Shown: piece after piece, positions 23,661 to 47,450 of the stretch
How the letters are laid out: every line of letters begins with the position of its first letter
Numbering within the stretch: the first letter of the stretch is position 1
From: Tubiluchus corallicola
Taxonomy: Eukaryota > Animalia > Priapulida
Length of the DNA: 64,000 nt
Direction: 5' to 3'
NCBI GenBank assembly: GCA_030141605.1
Contig: JAQGDQ010000306.1
Location: 186,001-250,000, forward strand
Position numbers and translations under genes: made by a program
The notes under the pieces: model-generated
Seen by the model: the letters and a program-made list of their open reading frames with translations, nothing else
What the model was told of the DNA's origin: nothing
Database searches by the model: none

Positions 23661-26166
23661 ACTACATTCCAATACGCACTCTATTTATCAAGGTATAGAT
23701 TACAACAGTGTAGACTATATAATTTTATATATCTCATTCTCAGCTCATGAAATGGCTAGGCCGTCTCAGCCAGGTGCGATTCACAGTACGACTATAGCGG
23801 CTGATTTAGAACATTGAACTTTGGACTGGTAAACAAACACACACATTACCAGATCAGGTTGTTGTGAATAATGCTTAAATGGTGAGATCTAGCAGCCTGT
23901 CGCTTCCATCCATTGTTTAGAAAAATCAAAGCCATGCGTATTAAAAGCAGAGCAATTTGTTAGCACCTTTGTCAGCCAAAGAATATGAAATAAACCAACA
24001 GTAATTGTTATTAATTCGAATTTGCAACGAAACAGGATCAGCCTATTGTAAAAGAAAACTAAAACAGAAATGGCAATAAGCCAAGATTCTGCCTGGGTTT
24101 GTACATGGAATTCTATCTGTTGACCTTTTAAGGTGCCATTCAAAATTTGTACTTGTTACGTATTTTTTAATAAATGGGTATTTATCAACCACGTAATCTA
24201 GAAGCATGTAACAGCAGCATTCAAGTTACACAAAAGCGATTACGTGTTTTTTCGAGTATGTTTGTGCATTACATTTGGCACAAACCGTTAACTTTATATA
24301 ACTAACCAAAAATTTACAACACGCTTTGCATCTATGAAGTACTACTATATCAGCGAGTATAAGAGCAAGTGGGATAACATGAAAACACAATATAAAGCAA
24401 CTATTGACGGGTGCTGCCACCTGCTGCAGCGAAACAGATGCCAGTGCGAGTTTGCAAATGCTGAACGAATATGCAAAAAGTTAATATGTCAAATGCTAGT
24501 TAGCTACTAATGTTACACAAAATTACTACAGAGTATTACTATCTTAGAATGAGCACAAACAAAAAATACAGTAAACACAAGCACAATTTTATATCTACAG
24601 GTAAAATATGTTTTCCTGTAGAAACAAACTCATGCTCGTGTTTACTGCAGCTTTAGTATTTGCATGAGTTCATTCTAAAACATAATATAAAATCCAGTCA
24701 AATTAGCCTAAAAAATGCAAAACAAGAACAAAACTAGTGTATGGCTGAATTTTTGCACAGACACTCAGAATGTCGTCCAAAATAACATATTAAAAATCCT
24801 CATAAATCTATACTCTAGGGAAAAAAGTTATGGGACTTTAAATTCAAAATGGTTGCCATGCAGCATTCAAGTCAAAATAACTCAACTAGGTGGCGTTTAA
24901 GATGGCATAAGTGTATTACCAGTTGATATAAACATGCATGTGACCGTCAGAAAAATAGCGTTTCTGGGTGTATGGGCATTGGTAAACTATTTTATTCCAA
25001 TAGTGTCATTGTAGATTTTCTAATTTGCATATGCCTATTGTACAAAAGCCTAATTGTGTGACATAATGGATAATCTGAAGAAGGATGACCAGTAGTTACA
25101 GTTCTGGAAGTGGGGTTCAGTTTACCTGTCATTGGGATCAATGACAATTTTGGTTGTGCGGTAATTTCCAATGGAGAATCATCCAAATTCGCTGGCGTTG
25201 TCCTGATTTGCTGCACAAAATTTGTTTTTGGCACCAACAACCATAACAATAACTTATTCGCTTTGTTTCGCTAAACTTAAAATTAATTTTTCAGACTCTA
25301 AGAACTAAGAACTTATGTATTGCAGAAATATACACAGTCTTTCATACTTCTATGGGCAAGAAATTTTTATTTCCATTTGGTCTACGTGTGGTCTGTCTAT
25401 CGATTTGTCTGGTCTGTCTCTGCGATGGCCCGATATCAGCCCATGTGCATAAATAGCTTTTTATTTCATCCGAGTTTAGGCAGAACAACTAAAAAGACTA
25501 ATGATTCTGTTAATTCAGTAACGATAATGCTGAAAGCGGCACATGTGCTGTCAACTATTACAAGTATTGTACGCACGTTATATTTGCGCCGCTTGCAATT
25601 GATGAGCAAGAGAAAACATCATAAGTTAGTGATTTCTAGGAACATATAGCAATAGACTCACTACTCAGTGATTTTACTGTGGTAATAAAACGTGTAAGGT
25701 CTGTTCGTCTTCTCCAGTAACACATTTAATATAGAAGATCAATTATACTACATCTAGATAAGCATATCTAAATAACACAACCAGGTATATTAAATTTCTT
25801 ATATGTACAACAAACAAGGCAAAAATCTCATTATTATAATTATAATAAAAATTGATATTGTCCAAAATGTTACAGTCTCTGTAAAGTACCGAAGTCACAC
25901 AATTAATATTTTCGTTAATGTACAATGTAAGTGATACTATGCTTTTAAGAACATAACATGTGGCTATATCATAGAGTTCCAAGTGATTATGTTCATGTAG
26001 AAACGGCTTAACTTTTTAAATAAACCACAAAATCAGTTTCATTGTTAGTAGATTTATCACTTCTATCACTTATAGCGGTGCACATTTGTCATTTTAATTT
26101 CAATTACTACTGAAGTAAATTAATGGGCTTAAATATAACTGGACTTATATAGTTTGTGTTGATTTT

Positions 26167-37093
<10,927 letters not shown>

Positions 37094-40006
37094 GGTGGAT
37101 TGTGGATTGTTTAGTTAAAATTTCTTTAGACTGCAGTTTTCTTGTGTCCAGAAATTAGTACTTCCTTACTAGTTTTTCATAAGCCAATCTTATTAATCTA
37201 TTTTTTGAAACGAACTTTAGTAAGAATGTAGAACAATTTCATCAATTTACCTCATCCAAATACGTTTAAGACGCTCAAAGAAGCCATGTCGGATAGTGAC
37301 TATTGTTCTGCCACACTGCCACATGAAAATGGGTTGGGACAATCGGGCCGTTTCTGATTCTGACGCATGCGTGCTAGCTGCAAAACTTTTCCATTGAAAA
37401 TTTATTAGAGTCATCGCCTGACTGAATTAGAACCTGACTTTCTTGACACCATTAACTTTGTTTCACATTAAACTGAAAATAAATTATTTAATTACTTAAC
37501 AAAAATTATATGACAGTTAAAAGAATTAGACCTATTATCTCGGTTTCGCTTTTTCTGAATGAAACCTGTACGAAAATTGACACCACTATGAAAATTTGAA
37601 AAAAAAGGTTAGGCTACATCTGCAGATAAAGTCAATATAAAACACTTGTAAACATCTAATACGAAAAAGTGTAAAATAACCAGTTAAAGACTGTATGATT
37701 ATTTTAAGTAAAGGCGAATCGTCTTTTTGCACACAGCTGCCTCTTTCTCACGTCAATATTATTATTGTAAAGTTACTCTTTTTTTATTAAAAATCTAATT
37801 TCTGTTTTTCTTTTCCCGTGTAATTTATTAACAACAGAATACAGCTATGCCTCTTAGTCCTATTTCTGCAGAAAGTCTTTGCGTTCTATTTTCATTACAA
37901 TGAAGTTTATGGAAGTTTATCCCTGAAACCTGAAAAATTTTGTTGCAGTCTTTCCCAAGGATCGCATTGTTCTTCTCAGTGAGTAATTTTGTGGCGTCAA
38001 GTCCTTTCTCTGGAATCTTATGATGAGATGAGACAAAAAATTTATTTAAAACGTTACTAAATTGTGTAGAACACACAAATGCACAAACAGACACTTTGTG
38101 TTATTTAATTAGAATTGTGAGCTTATTTAGCTTAAAAAATCTAGCCCAGAGTTGTTTAGGTGTCCACGTTTTCATATTTGACCACAGTTTGAACTAGACG
38201 CTTTGAACTGCAAAGTAAACTGTGCAAATTATATTAGCGTCCTTTACTAAACGCAAGAAATCATGAAATGCCAAGAAACGTACGTCGGCTCGATTAACTG
38301 AAGGGAATGCAACCCTAACCACCTTTACAAAGCTAAAAGTTGATCTCCCCACCGGACGACACTTTACTAACTCGAAAAGCAAACGCAGTAAGGATATTCT
38401 TTGTTCAATAAAGGTTTCCCGGGCGATACCATTGTAAGGTCGGGTACAATGGTCAATAAACCAAGCCAAACATGGCATGACATATGCAAACTAGTACAGT
38501 TTGCAAAAAATGTCAGCGTATAGTTAGTTCAATGACATATAACTTTTACAATTCAATGTTACTTTTATCTAATTACACAGCCCCAATTCGGCGTTATAAA
38601 ATACTAAAAGTAATCATGACATAACGCAGGTAGCCTTAGTAAAAATAAGACTTGCTACTGTGCATATCATATTTGTTGTTATAATAAAATGTTATGCAAA
38701 GAGACTTGTAAATGTCCATTCTCGTTTTTTAACAAAAACTAGTAATTGTTTAGCAGTTGGAAAGTTTCCTTGTGTTGGCGACACTTACACTAATATCCTC
38801 CGGGTTCTAACAGAGTTCTCCCTTCGTGGACAATTCACAGGCCATCGCAATTTATCCAATGAAACTTAAATGAAATTAGGAGCGCCTAATATATGAAACT
38901 AGCATGAATAAAGGACAAACAATCCAACTCAATTATCATTGATTACGTCTATTGTTAATTGACTTAATCAAGTTGAGATGTGCCTAGCGTGTAATTGCTT
39001 GTACAAATAGCGCATAATAAAGCCGATCTGTTGCGCATTTGAGTTGCGTCGTGCAATTTGAAGTGCGTGTCTCGAGAACGGTCAGTTCCTAATGTAACGT
39101 GGACATATCTAACAGAAAATTTGATATGTGTCAAAATTTGCTTTGCCACACTCAGCAACAACCTACTATGTGAATTAATACTGCGTTGCCATTTATGTGA
39201 CGCGAAAATTATTTTGACCTAATGATCCTTTTGACCCTTTTGTCCATTGACTTCAGAGTAAGTTTTTACCCTTTCTATTACTTAAAGATAATAGGCCTTG
39301 GTCCTTTGTACTTCTCTTTACGCTATCGCTGATTTGAGATAATGCCAACTCAACCCTAGTCAGTTCTAACCCTATCCAACTTTTCAGTTCCAGATCGAAT
39401 ATCACACAAAATAATTGTACAACAATGCGTCGCGAGGAGGCATGTGAACTGACAGGCTAAAAAGATCATTGGCCAATGAAATAAGAAAACGAAGTTGTTC
39501 AGATACTAATCGGCACAAAAAAGTGGCATAGGCAGCTTTGCTTTTCACAGGAGATGGTTCATTGCAATATGGAAAATTAGCTTCACAACAAACCCCAATA
39601 AAATAATTAGGATGTTTTTGTTTGAGCTGTGCAGATTACTCAAATTTTAGCTTACTAGATTTAAAGCATTAAAACTTTAAATTAAAACCCTTGATTGTGG
39701 AGAGCAACTGGATGGGACACGTGATTTCGAGGTCAGGTTTAGCTAATTATTATCGAATTACCATTATCTAACACAGAGTGAGTGGGAATTTCTCACACAG
39801 AATCCTGTAGTGTCTTTGGGTGTTCTGAGTTCTTAATGTAAATAAGTGAAACCCACGAAACTGAAGACTTGGTTAAAGGAAAAAAATTATTATATTCGCA
39901 AATGGCTTAAAATTCCACTTTTCTTGCTTAATCCCAAGCCTTTTCAAGATAACCCGAACAAAGCATTTTACACGAGTCTGTACTGTTAGTATTCCCTGAA
40001 ACTGCC

Positions 40007-40398
40007 TGCCACCTAGGCGAACTTATAATTGTACGTAATTACACAAAATAAACGGATTAGTGTGTCTCGAAAGACGACGGCTGTAAAGTTCAGGAACTAC
40101 CTACATGTGCTACACTAAAATACTAAAAATTATTATTGTATTGTACGATCAACTCGTACCACTGGTAAGTACGAGACCACATTCGCAAATTGCACAATAT
40201 TTTTCATGAAATCAAACAAACGTACTTTCAAAATCTTCTAACGATGATATTGGCTTGTAAAACATATAGACACTGCCGTTCAAAATCCGAAAATTCTGTA
40301 TAGTTAGCTCCTCAGCATTTTCAGTCGTCTTCTTTCGAGGCGCATTAATTCGTTTATTTCGTGTAATTACGCACAATTATGAGCTCGCCTGGCTGACA
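40007..40398. mobile_element. MITE-like element with ~95-bp imperfect terminal inverted repeats
   Basis: aggcgaacttataattgtacgtaattacacaaaataaacggattagtgtgtctcgaaag (from 40015) matches the reverse complement of ctttcgaggcgcattaattcgtttatttcgtgtaattacgcacaattatgagctcgcct (to 40390). Central mini-hairpin ctcgtac/gtacgag at 40153-40175. Confidence 0.8.
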
Positions 40399-40784
40399 AA
40401 GTACAGTCACCTAATTACTAACACATATTTATCAATTAATTCATTAATTTTCCGCTTAATTAACTGGAATAATAATCAAAGAGTGAAGCGAGCGAAGCAT
40501 ACTCACTACGCAGTTAAGTAGTCGGCAAATGCACGGCTCTTGAGAGGTACATTAAGATGCATCGCACTGATCCTGCAGGCTTTCCACGAAAGAAATTACT
40601 TAAATAAATACATAAGGTCGATTCAATTGGTTTTACAAGAAGCACATTTTCGACCAATTTTTCAATGTTTTTTATTTGTCACGTATAACAAATATTTAAT
40701 AAAAACGTACAATTTACAGTTAAATAGCTTTTAATGTATCGAAATGCGTTTGAGCACATATGTGTATATCTTTGTATATGCCTG

Positions 40785-40885
40785 AAATCACAAGGTTTTG
40801 GGTTCAAGTGCAGGTCAACCCTCAACTTTTCAGTGCTTCAGTGGTCAATTTATTAGTCCTCAGGTCAACCGCTGTAAAAGTACTA
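40785..40885 (+). mobile_element. Possible tRNA-derived SINE remnant
   Basis: B-box-like aaggttttgGGTTCAAGTgc followed by caggtcaaccgctgtaaaagtac, resembling invertebrate SINE bodies; no intact A box. Confidence 0.35.
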
Positions 40886-41582
40886 TTTTCTTAGCATGTG
40901 TATGCATGTACTAAGGTCTTTCACAAATTTTTGACCAAGAAGTTTCGAGTATGCCTCTTTATTCGGCAGGATAAAAAATTTCGATTTCAAGGCGTATTCT
41001 GTCAAGAATTAGAAGGTAAACCAGACTTACTAGCTGAGAGATCAGTGGGCGGCGGATCCGTAGGCCGAGGGATTAGTATGATGAGATACAAACTATCCTG
41101 GTACTGTCATAGGACAATCTAAAGTGCATGTGTCTGTCAGCAAAGCAGTGGATCTATGCCTATACATACACATTTATATACCAGTTATATATAAATGTAT
41201 CCAAAAATATTTATCATTTCAGCCAACAACCGAAATTATTTCATTTCATTGCGAAAAGATTACCAGTAATCGTTTAAATTATCACCCATTAACTCTGCCT
41301 AATATTTTAGTTTTGTTATTGCGAGTATTACCCATAACATAGTATAAGTATAGCATACAATAAAACCAATAACTTCGCAGTGAATTATGTTTCTGATGAT
41401 TTTAGGGAGTGACAGCTTTAAAGGCACATGAACGGTAGATTCATCGGCATATATCCACAAAAAGGCAGACCTGATTTTCTTTTAATGGTAAAATTTGTAT
41501 AAGAAGTGAATGATTAACTTTTGTAATTTTAATTACATGTTTAATTCTCCGTTAGACTGAAGAAAATCACAAAAAATAGCAT

Positions 41583-41904
41583 GACCCGAAATAAATCCCA
41601 ACAAAAATTTCTGTTGGGTTGAACTATTTACATGCACCTAGACAGCTCACACATTATCAAAAATCGGACAAAATCGGCCAAAAAAATGTCCTAAGTAAAT
41701 CAGTATCAAAATAGCCGCCGAATACGCTTACTCTAGGTCAACAATGCATTAAAAATGTCACAATGCATTAAAATCGCTCATACTGTCCAAGATATCGGGT
41801 TTGTGTCAAATAAGAATCCCGTTAGAACTTTTCAATCACGTCACTTTCGAATAACATCAGCCGATTTTGCACGAATTTTGATACTTTACAATTTATTTCG
41901 GGTC
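41583..41904. mobile_element. MITE-like inverted repeat
   Basis: Perfect 14-bp termini gacccgaaataaat/atttatttcgggtc, plus inner arms tatcaaaaatcggacaaaatcggc/gccgattttgcacgaattttgata. Confidence 0.7.
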
Positions 41905-44900
41905 CAACCGTACTTTTAGCCACCTCTAAACAACGACTAAAAATCCTTTGACGAACGTAGAATGCTAGACTCTTTGGCAATTTTGATGCGAGCGAAACGT
42001 AAAAAGCTAAAACTCGAAAACTGTGGAAAAAAATTTAAAGTTTATGATCATGTAAAAAAATAAAAGCCTGAAACAACGATTCGTGAAACACAACCATAAT
42101 GAAGTATATAGCATAGAAAGGAAAAAATGCAGAAACCTAATTTATACATACTTTTACCACACACACACACACAGGTATCGACGTCGCGAGTTTTATTCAT
42201 TTTACTTTCAATACGTGTGTGTGTGTACATGTACATGTATCAAAATCAAATAAAAAATTGTTAACAAAAAACTTATATGGGTGGAAGATATTATATTCAC
42301 TCAATGTTGCACCAAATTCCACGTGCTGCTATCGTTTTTAATTAGTATTTCGGTATTAGTTACATATTTTAATTAACATTCTTTAGATTTTAATTTATAT
42401 TCTTCCAGTACAGACGCCAAGCAGAGTTACCATGCTGTCACAAAGCATAAAATCGGACACTGATTGGATTTTTCGGCAAATTACCCCCCATATGAGTGGG
42501 CGTTCACAATATCGTGCATGGCCACGCCCAAGTGTATTATACTATGATTTTGTATCACAATAGTTTAGTAATGAATAATTTTACTGGGCAACCCATCCAC
42601 AGACTGACTAAATATCACCGCTTTATGAGCGATAAAAAACAACACGGGATAGCTGCGCAACTGCTTTGTTGTTTATGCTTTGCACTCATTTCTAAGTTAC
42701 AAAACTGGCTCGGGTGATGCGCGTACAGAGAGAATGCGTCTGATTAAAGTGAATGTAATCCAATTAACCTGTCTTGCGACCAGCAAATATCTTTATATAG
42801 ATGTAATTTAAAGTCAATTGTCGCAGTATTAAAGCAGTTAAGTGAGTTTAGTTGCGTCAAGTGGCTAGCTATGATCCATTTAATTCACATATATTCATTC
42901 TGTTTTTATCAGGCTTATATCGGGAGAGTTCCTCAATAAAATTTGCCTCAGTTAATTATCCCATCTAAGCGACACTGTTAACTTAATTTCGTCTCTATTT
43001 CAGGCTGTTAGAGTAGCACTCTGGCGAAATAAATTGAAAGATTATATAATAAATAGTTGAGTGTCAACCGAAACTCAGTCTCAAATACCAGGACGCATGC
43101 GTCGTGCAATAATGATATGTCACTTGACTCACTTGAGACAAAGGAATTTGTGAAACTTGGGAAGTAATTTCGAATGCTGTTGCGCAACTACTGTTATCAT
43201 CAGTGCACGTGGCAATCGTCATAACCATCTAAAATGAGCAGAAATAACGTTCATAAATACAGCAGCGAACGACAAACTTCAAATGACCCACCGGGATGCA
43301 TTTTTTGCGAATTTGTTCACGTTATAAATGAAGAAATTAAGGTAAAAAAATTTTGACTTGCAAGTTGCCCTTCACGTCTAGTTTCCCACATGGAAAAAAC
43401 TTGCTAATCGCAAGTTATAAATCTACTGGTCCAAGGTCATTAAGGATTAATACACACTTCTAAGTCTATTTTCACTGCTTCATCGTCTGACATTAACCAC
43501 TACGACAACGACGACGGCAACGACGATGACAACAACAACAACGTCAAAGCCCATATCCTGATCCTCGTGTTGCTTTTCATTTTGATTCGTTTTACCGTAT
43601 ATAGATGAAAATGACTGTCATCACCCATTCCCCCCCCCCCTCCCCGCCCCAACGTTTTCACCAATTCCACAAATACTACCACCTTGTCATTCAGAGGAAC
43701 AACAACAATATTTTAGCATTATTCGGTGATCTTCATTCTTCATTCTACATTAGTAAAATTGCTGCTTCACCATATGAATAGCTCCAATACTACCTGATAT
43801 CGGCCTCGCTATTACAGACACTAATCGTCATCACCGTCGTCGCCATCATCATCCGACGTGTTATCACTTCCTTACGCGCATCAACACACTATTTTGTAAA
43901 AATTAAAAGGGTAGACGAATTCAAAATGTTCCCATTTTACGATTTCGTTTAAACAATTTGTTTTTTTTTTGGTCCTGTTTATCCCATAAGGGCTTCAAAA
44001 GAAGCCACGGGTTTCTCTACGTGATTAACTTGTGTAGCGTCTCCCTCAGCAAACCGTAATGATGACGAAGAGAAGCAAAGGGCCGCCGCAGCAACACGCA
44101 ATGAAATTAGCTCAGACTCTTGAAAACTATTGAATTATTATGAAGACAAATAGGTCATTACGGTAGACGCTGATGTGATTACTGATGATTAATTAATTAC
44201 ATTAGGGTAAGTGAAACGAGAGGACACGCCATGTTGAATTGTTTATGCCCATAGCATCAAACTGGACTACAGAGCGAAACCTACATATTACTGAGATTTT
44301 TTTCAAAGTTTAATGCAGTTTTGGATTTTAACAATATTGATGGAAAATTTGTACACCATTGAGTCAAGTAGATTTTTGTTTTTCTTGTTTTACTGTTCGT
44401 AATGAAATCTTTTTGTATTTAAGTTCTACATTGGAAGCAAAAAAGCCAAAAACTTTTATTATTTTTTATCATTTAAGTGTCAAAAATTACTCTTGGTATC
44501 CGAAATACATTTAAGCAATTAACATCGGTCCACGTTACAGACATATGTTGCGTTTGTAAATTAATCATTCTTATCAGATGCTCATTCACTATTTTGTTAT
44601 ACCTAATTATTTTACAGTAATTATATACAGTAATTCTGTAGCAAACTTTTCTAACGTGCTGGCATTTATCACACACTCAAAGATGCTACTAACTAAATTT
44701 ATTGGATAATTTATTAGATTCGTCTCATAGTGTATTTAATCCATTTGCTCCCTCCTTTCATTGCCTCTGTTGAAAGCCTATATATTGAACTATGGTGATC
44801 TTCATTTTTTTTTACTTTTGAGACATAAAATGATTATTTTAAAATTAATTGTAAGCTAAAAGCAAATCGCAGCATATAATAAATAAGTACTGTTGATTCA

Positions 44901-45375
44901 GTCCCGTGTTGTCTTGAGTGCAGCCGTCTTTCGCAATCCTCGTATCTTTGTGCATAAACTCCGAATAAAAAAAATGGGCGTTATACATCAGATCCACTTA
45001 ATTAACTCGTAAATTAAATTTACGATAATTAAAAAGCTCCCTAATCGGGTTAGTCAGAGTAGTAATTCTATGTGAACGCAGTGGCAGTGCCAAATTGGTA
45101 TGCAATGTAAATGATTAATCTTTAATTATTTGAGAAATAGGATTAGGCTAGCATCACAATGCATGATCTACAATAAATAAATCTACATTATCTAAAATGC
45201 TCTGGCATTTTTTTAAAAACAAATGATTTTTAAAGATATTGTTTTATAATTTTAACAAAGGACACTTGACAGGCTACTAAAACGTGCCTGCCCCATGTTG
45301 TACAAATTAAAATAAAAACGATTGTGGGTATTTTGCCTATAAATTAGTGCATATGTGTGTGTGCGTAATTTACTA

Positions 45376-45378
<3 letters not shown>

Positions 45379-45421
<43 letters not shown>
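45379..45421. repeat. (TA)n microsatellite
   Basis: Direct reading of the sequence. Confidence 0.97.
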
Positions 45422-45424
<3 letters not shown>

Positions 45425-46899
45425 TAGCTACGATCCCGACAATTCATGATGATGCAACGTAAGTAATCAATCCCTTAATCATCTATTCGAGTTGATATTT
45501 TAGTTCTAGAAATTGAATTAAATTTCGCCACGCCTCCGACATAAAATGTCTAGCGCACGTAAATCTATGTTGATATATCAGCAATGAAAAAGGGAGTGGA
45601 AAACTAGAAAGGGCGAAAGAAAATTCAAGAAAAGGAAAAGAAATGAATGAAAAAAGAACATTTTAAAAAATGGAAAAGCAAATGAAATTACCAAAAGAAA
45701 AAAATGAAAAAAGGTAAACAAAAAAGGAAAATACAAACAATCGAATAAGCATGGATGGATAAATGAATAAAAACGAAACACAAAAGAGGAGAAACAAACA
45801 AAATGAATCTGAAAATGTGGACAACATCTACTGTCAAAGGAATTTTGTTTAGGTCATTCACAGTGTCGACTACTAGTAATTCAACGAATCACAGAATGAG
45901 TTCTACAAGACGCCCTATTGTATAAAATTTGCGCCTGCTAGCATGCAACGAACGTACAAATAAAACACGGGAAATCTTATTTTGAAGCCTTAATATTCTC
46001 CAAACACATTTCGGTTATGTAATTACGTGGTATGTAAACTCGATTTCATCCGATTACGTATCCCCATTCAAATACCATCAAATAACCACTTTTATAAGCT
46101 ACATTTATATCAATAGGAAAGTCATTTAGCCTAATTCGATCACCGTAAATGCGCCTTTCCATAATTTGATATCGCATAATCATTTTATTAATGCTAACAT
46201 ACGAAGACTAGGCTGGCTGGAAGCAAAACTGCCAGCAGACATCCTGCGATTTCCATAATTGCGGCTTTGTGAATTTTCTTTGGTCTAGGCGTAAATGTGT
46301 GAAGCCTTTTTTAACAGAGATGATTTGCATAATCAACTAAAATAAAACTATCGTAAAGAAAACCATTAAGTTCCTTATTTTGAGTTAGGCAACAACAAAC
46401 AGACATTATAAAATTTGTAAGCAAGTACTCAAAAGACGGGAACTCTTTCGAAATTGATAATAATTTCGATTAATGGTATTAATTAACATACTAGCGACAA
46501 TTTATTTTGTTTATTTATTTATTTAAACCTGCATTTATAAAACTTAATTTAGATCTTTTTGTACGTTGGAAAGTTCTTATGTAAAGCCTACATAAGTTGC
46601 GAGTTGAGCGGGCTCGCAGACATACACGAAAATGTAATCAAACACTTTTAACCAAACAAACTGAGAATAAGAGAAACGTTACAAAATTCCAGTAAATTAG
46701 AAACCTAAAAGATAATAGCACCATTGGTTTAAATCTGACACGGTTTTGACACATAGGTGCATTGAACGCGTTTTTAGAATGCCTGAAGTATTAATTGATC
46801 TGAGAAATTCTCCTGAAATTCTTCGTCTCTCTGGAGAACGCTTTCTGATGGAGAGAGGCGAAGGTTATAAATTTTTTGGAAAGGTCATTTCGAAAGAGC

Positions 46900-47450
46900 T
46901 GGAAGACTTCATGGAATAGCTATATAATGCCATCAAGAACTCTGCTCCGTTTTTTACCTAAAATACCTACAGGCATCAGCGAGGTGAGCGAGCGACTTAC
47001 GCATCTTCGCACTCCGCTGTCCAAGTGCTCCAACGTAACAATATTTAATGCTTACGTGCGCACCTCGAACTCTGACGATTACAAAGATGCCTCCTATGAA
47101 GATATGGACCAGGAGACCCACAGAGTACCAGATATGGTCACAGTCGTCCTCCTAGCTAAGCTTAATCCGAGAGTGGCTCTCATTATGTTCAGAAAACGAC
47201 GTGTATTACATCTTTAAGCAGCTAAACATTCTTAAGGGCAACCATGCTTATTCACCGCTGGTGAGCCATGCGGGAGGCGTGCTGGACTGACCACTGCTTT
47301 GTTCGATCCAAGCTCTGCCTCACAACCCGACCCACACAAAGACGATCTCAGTGGACAAAGCATTTGAAGGTCAAAGAGCTTAACAAATCCAAAACTTTGT
47401 AAAACTTCTAAACGCGAATTGCCGAAGTGGTCAACAATCTGACCTTCTAG
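46900..47450 (+). mobile_element. Decayed RTE-clade LINE apurinic-endonuclease fragment
   Basis: VSERLTHLRTPL..VTIFNAYVRTSNSDDYKDASYEDM..VVLLAKLNPRV resembles the RTE EN pattern 'ERL..LR.PL...TII.AYAPT..S....KD.FY.....GDFNARVG', with the catalytic GDFN degenerate. Boundaries approximate. Confidence 0.7.

Noticed and set aside
24992-25249. 85-aa - strand ORF / possible exon downstream of SHOX
   Set aside because: TTG start and no homology; lies in the probable SHOX 3'UTR; splice signals alone are insufficient.
39855-39900. CTGAAGA-CTT..AAG-GAAA hammerhead candidate
   Set aside because: C-G rather than purine-first closing pair, only a 3-bp stem II, and no credible stem III.
45578-45781. Phe-rich hydrophobic ORF
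   Set aside because: Artefact of a low-complexity A/G-rich tract.
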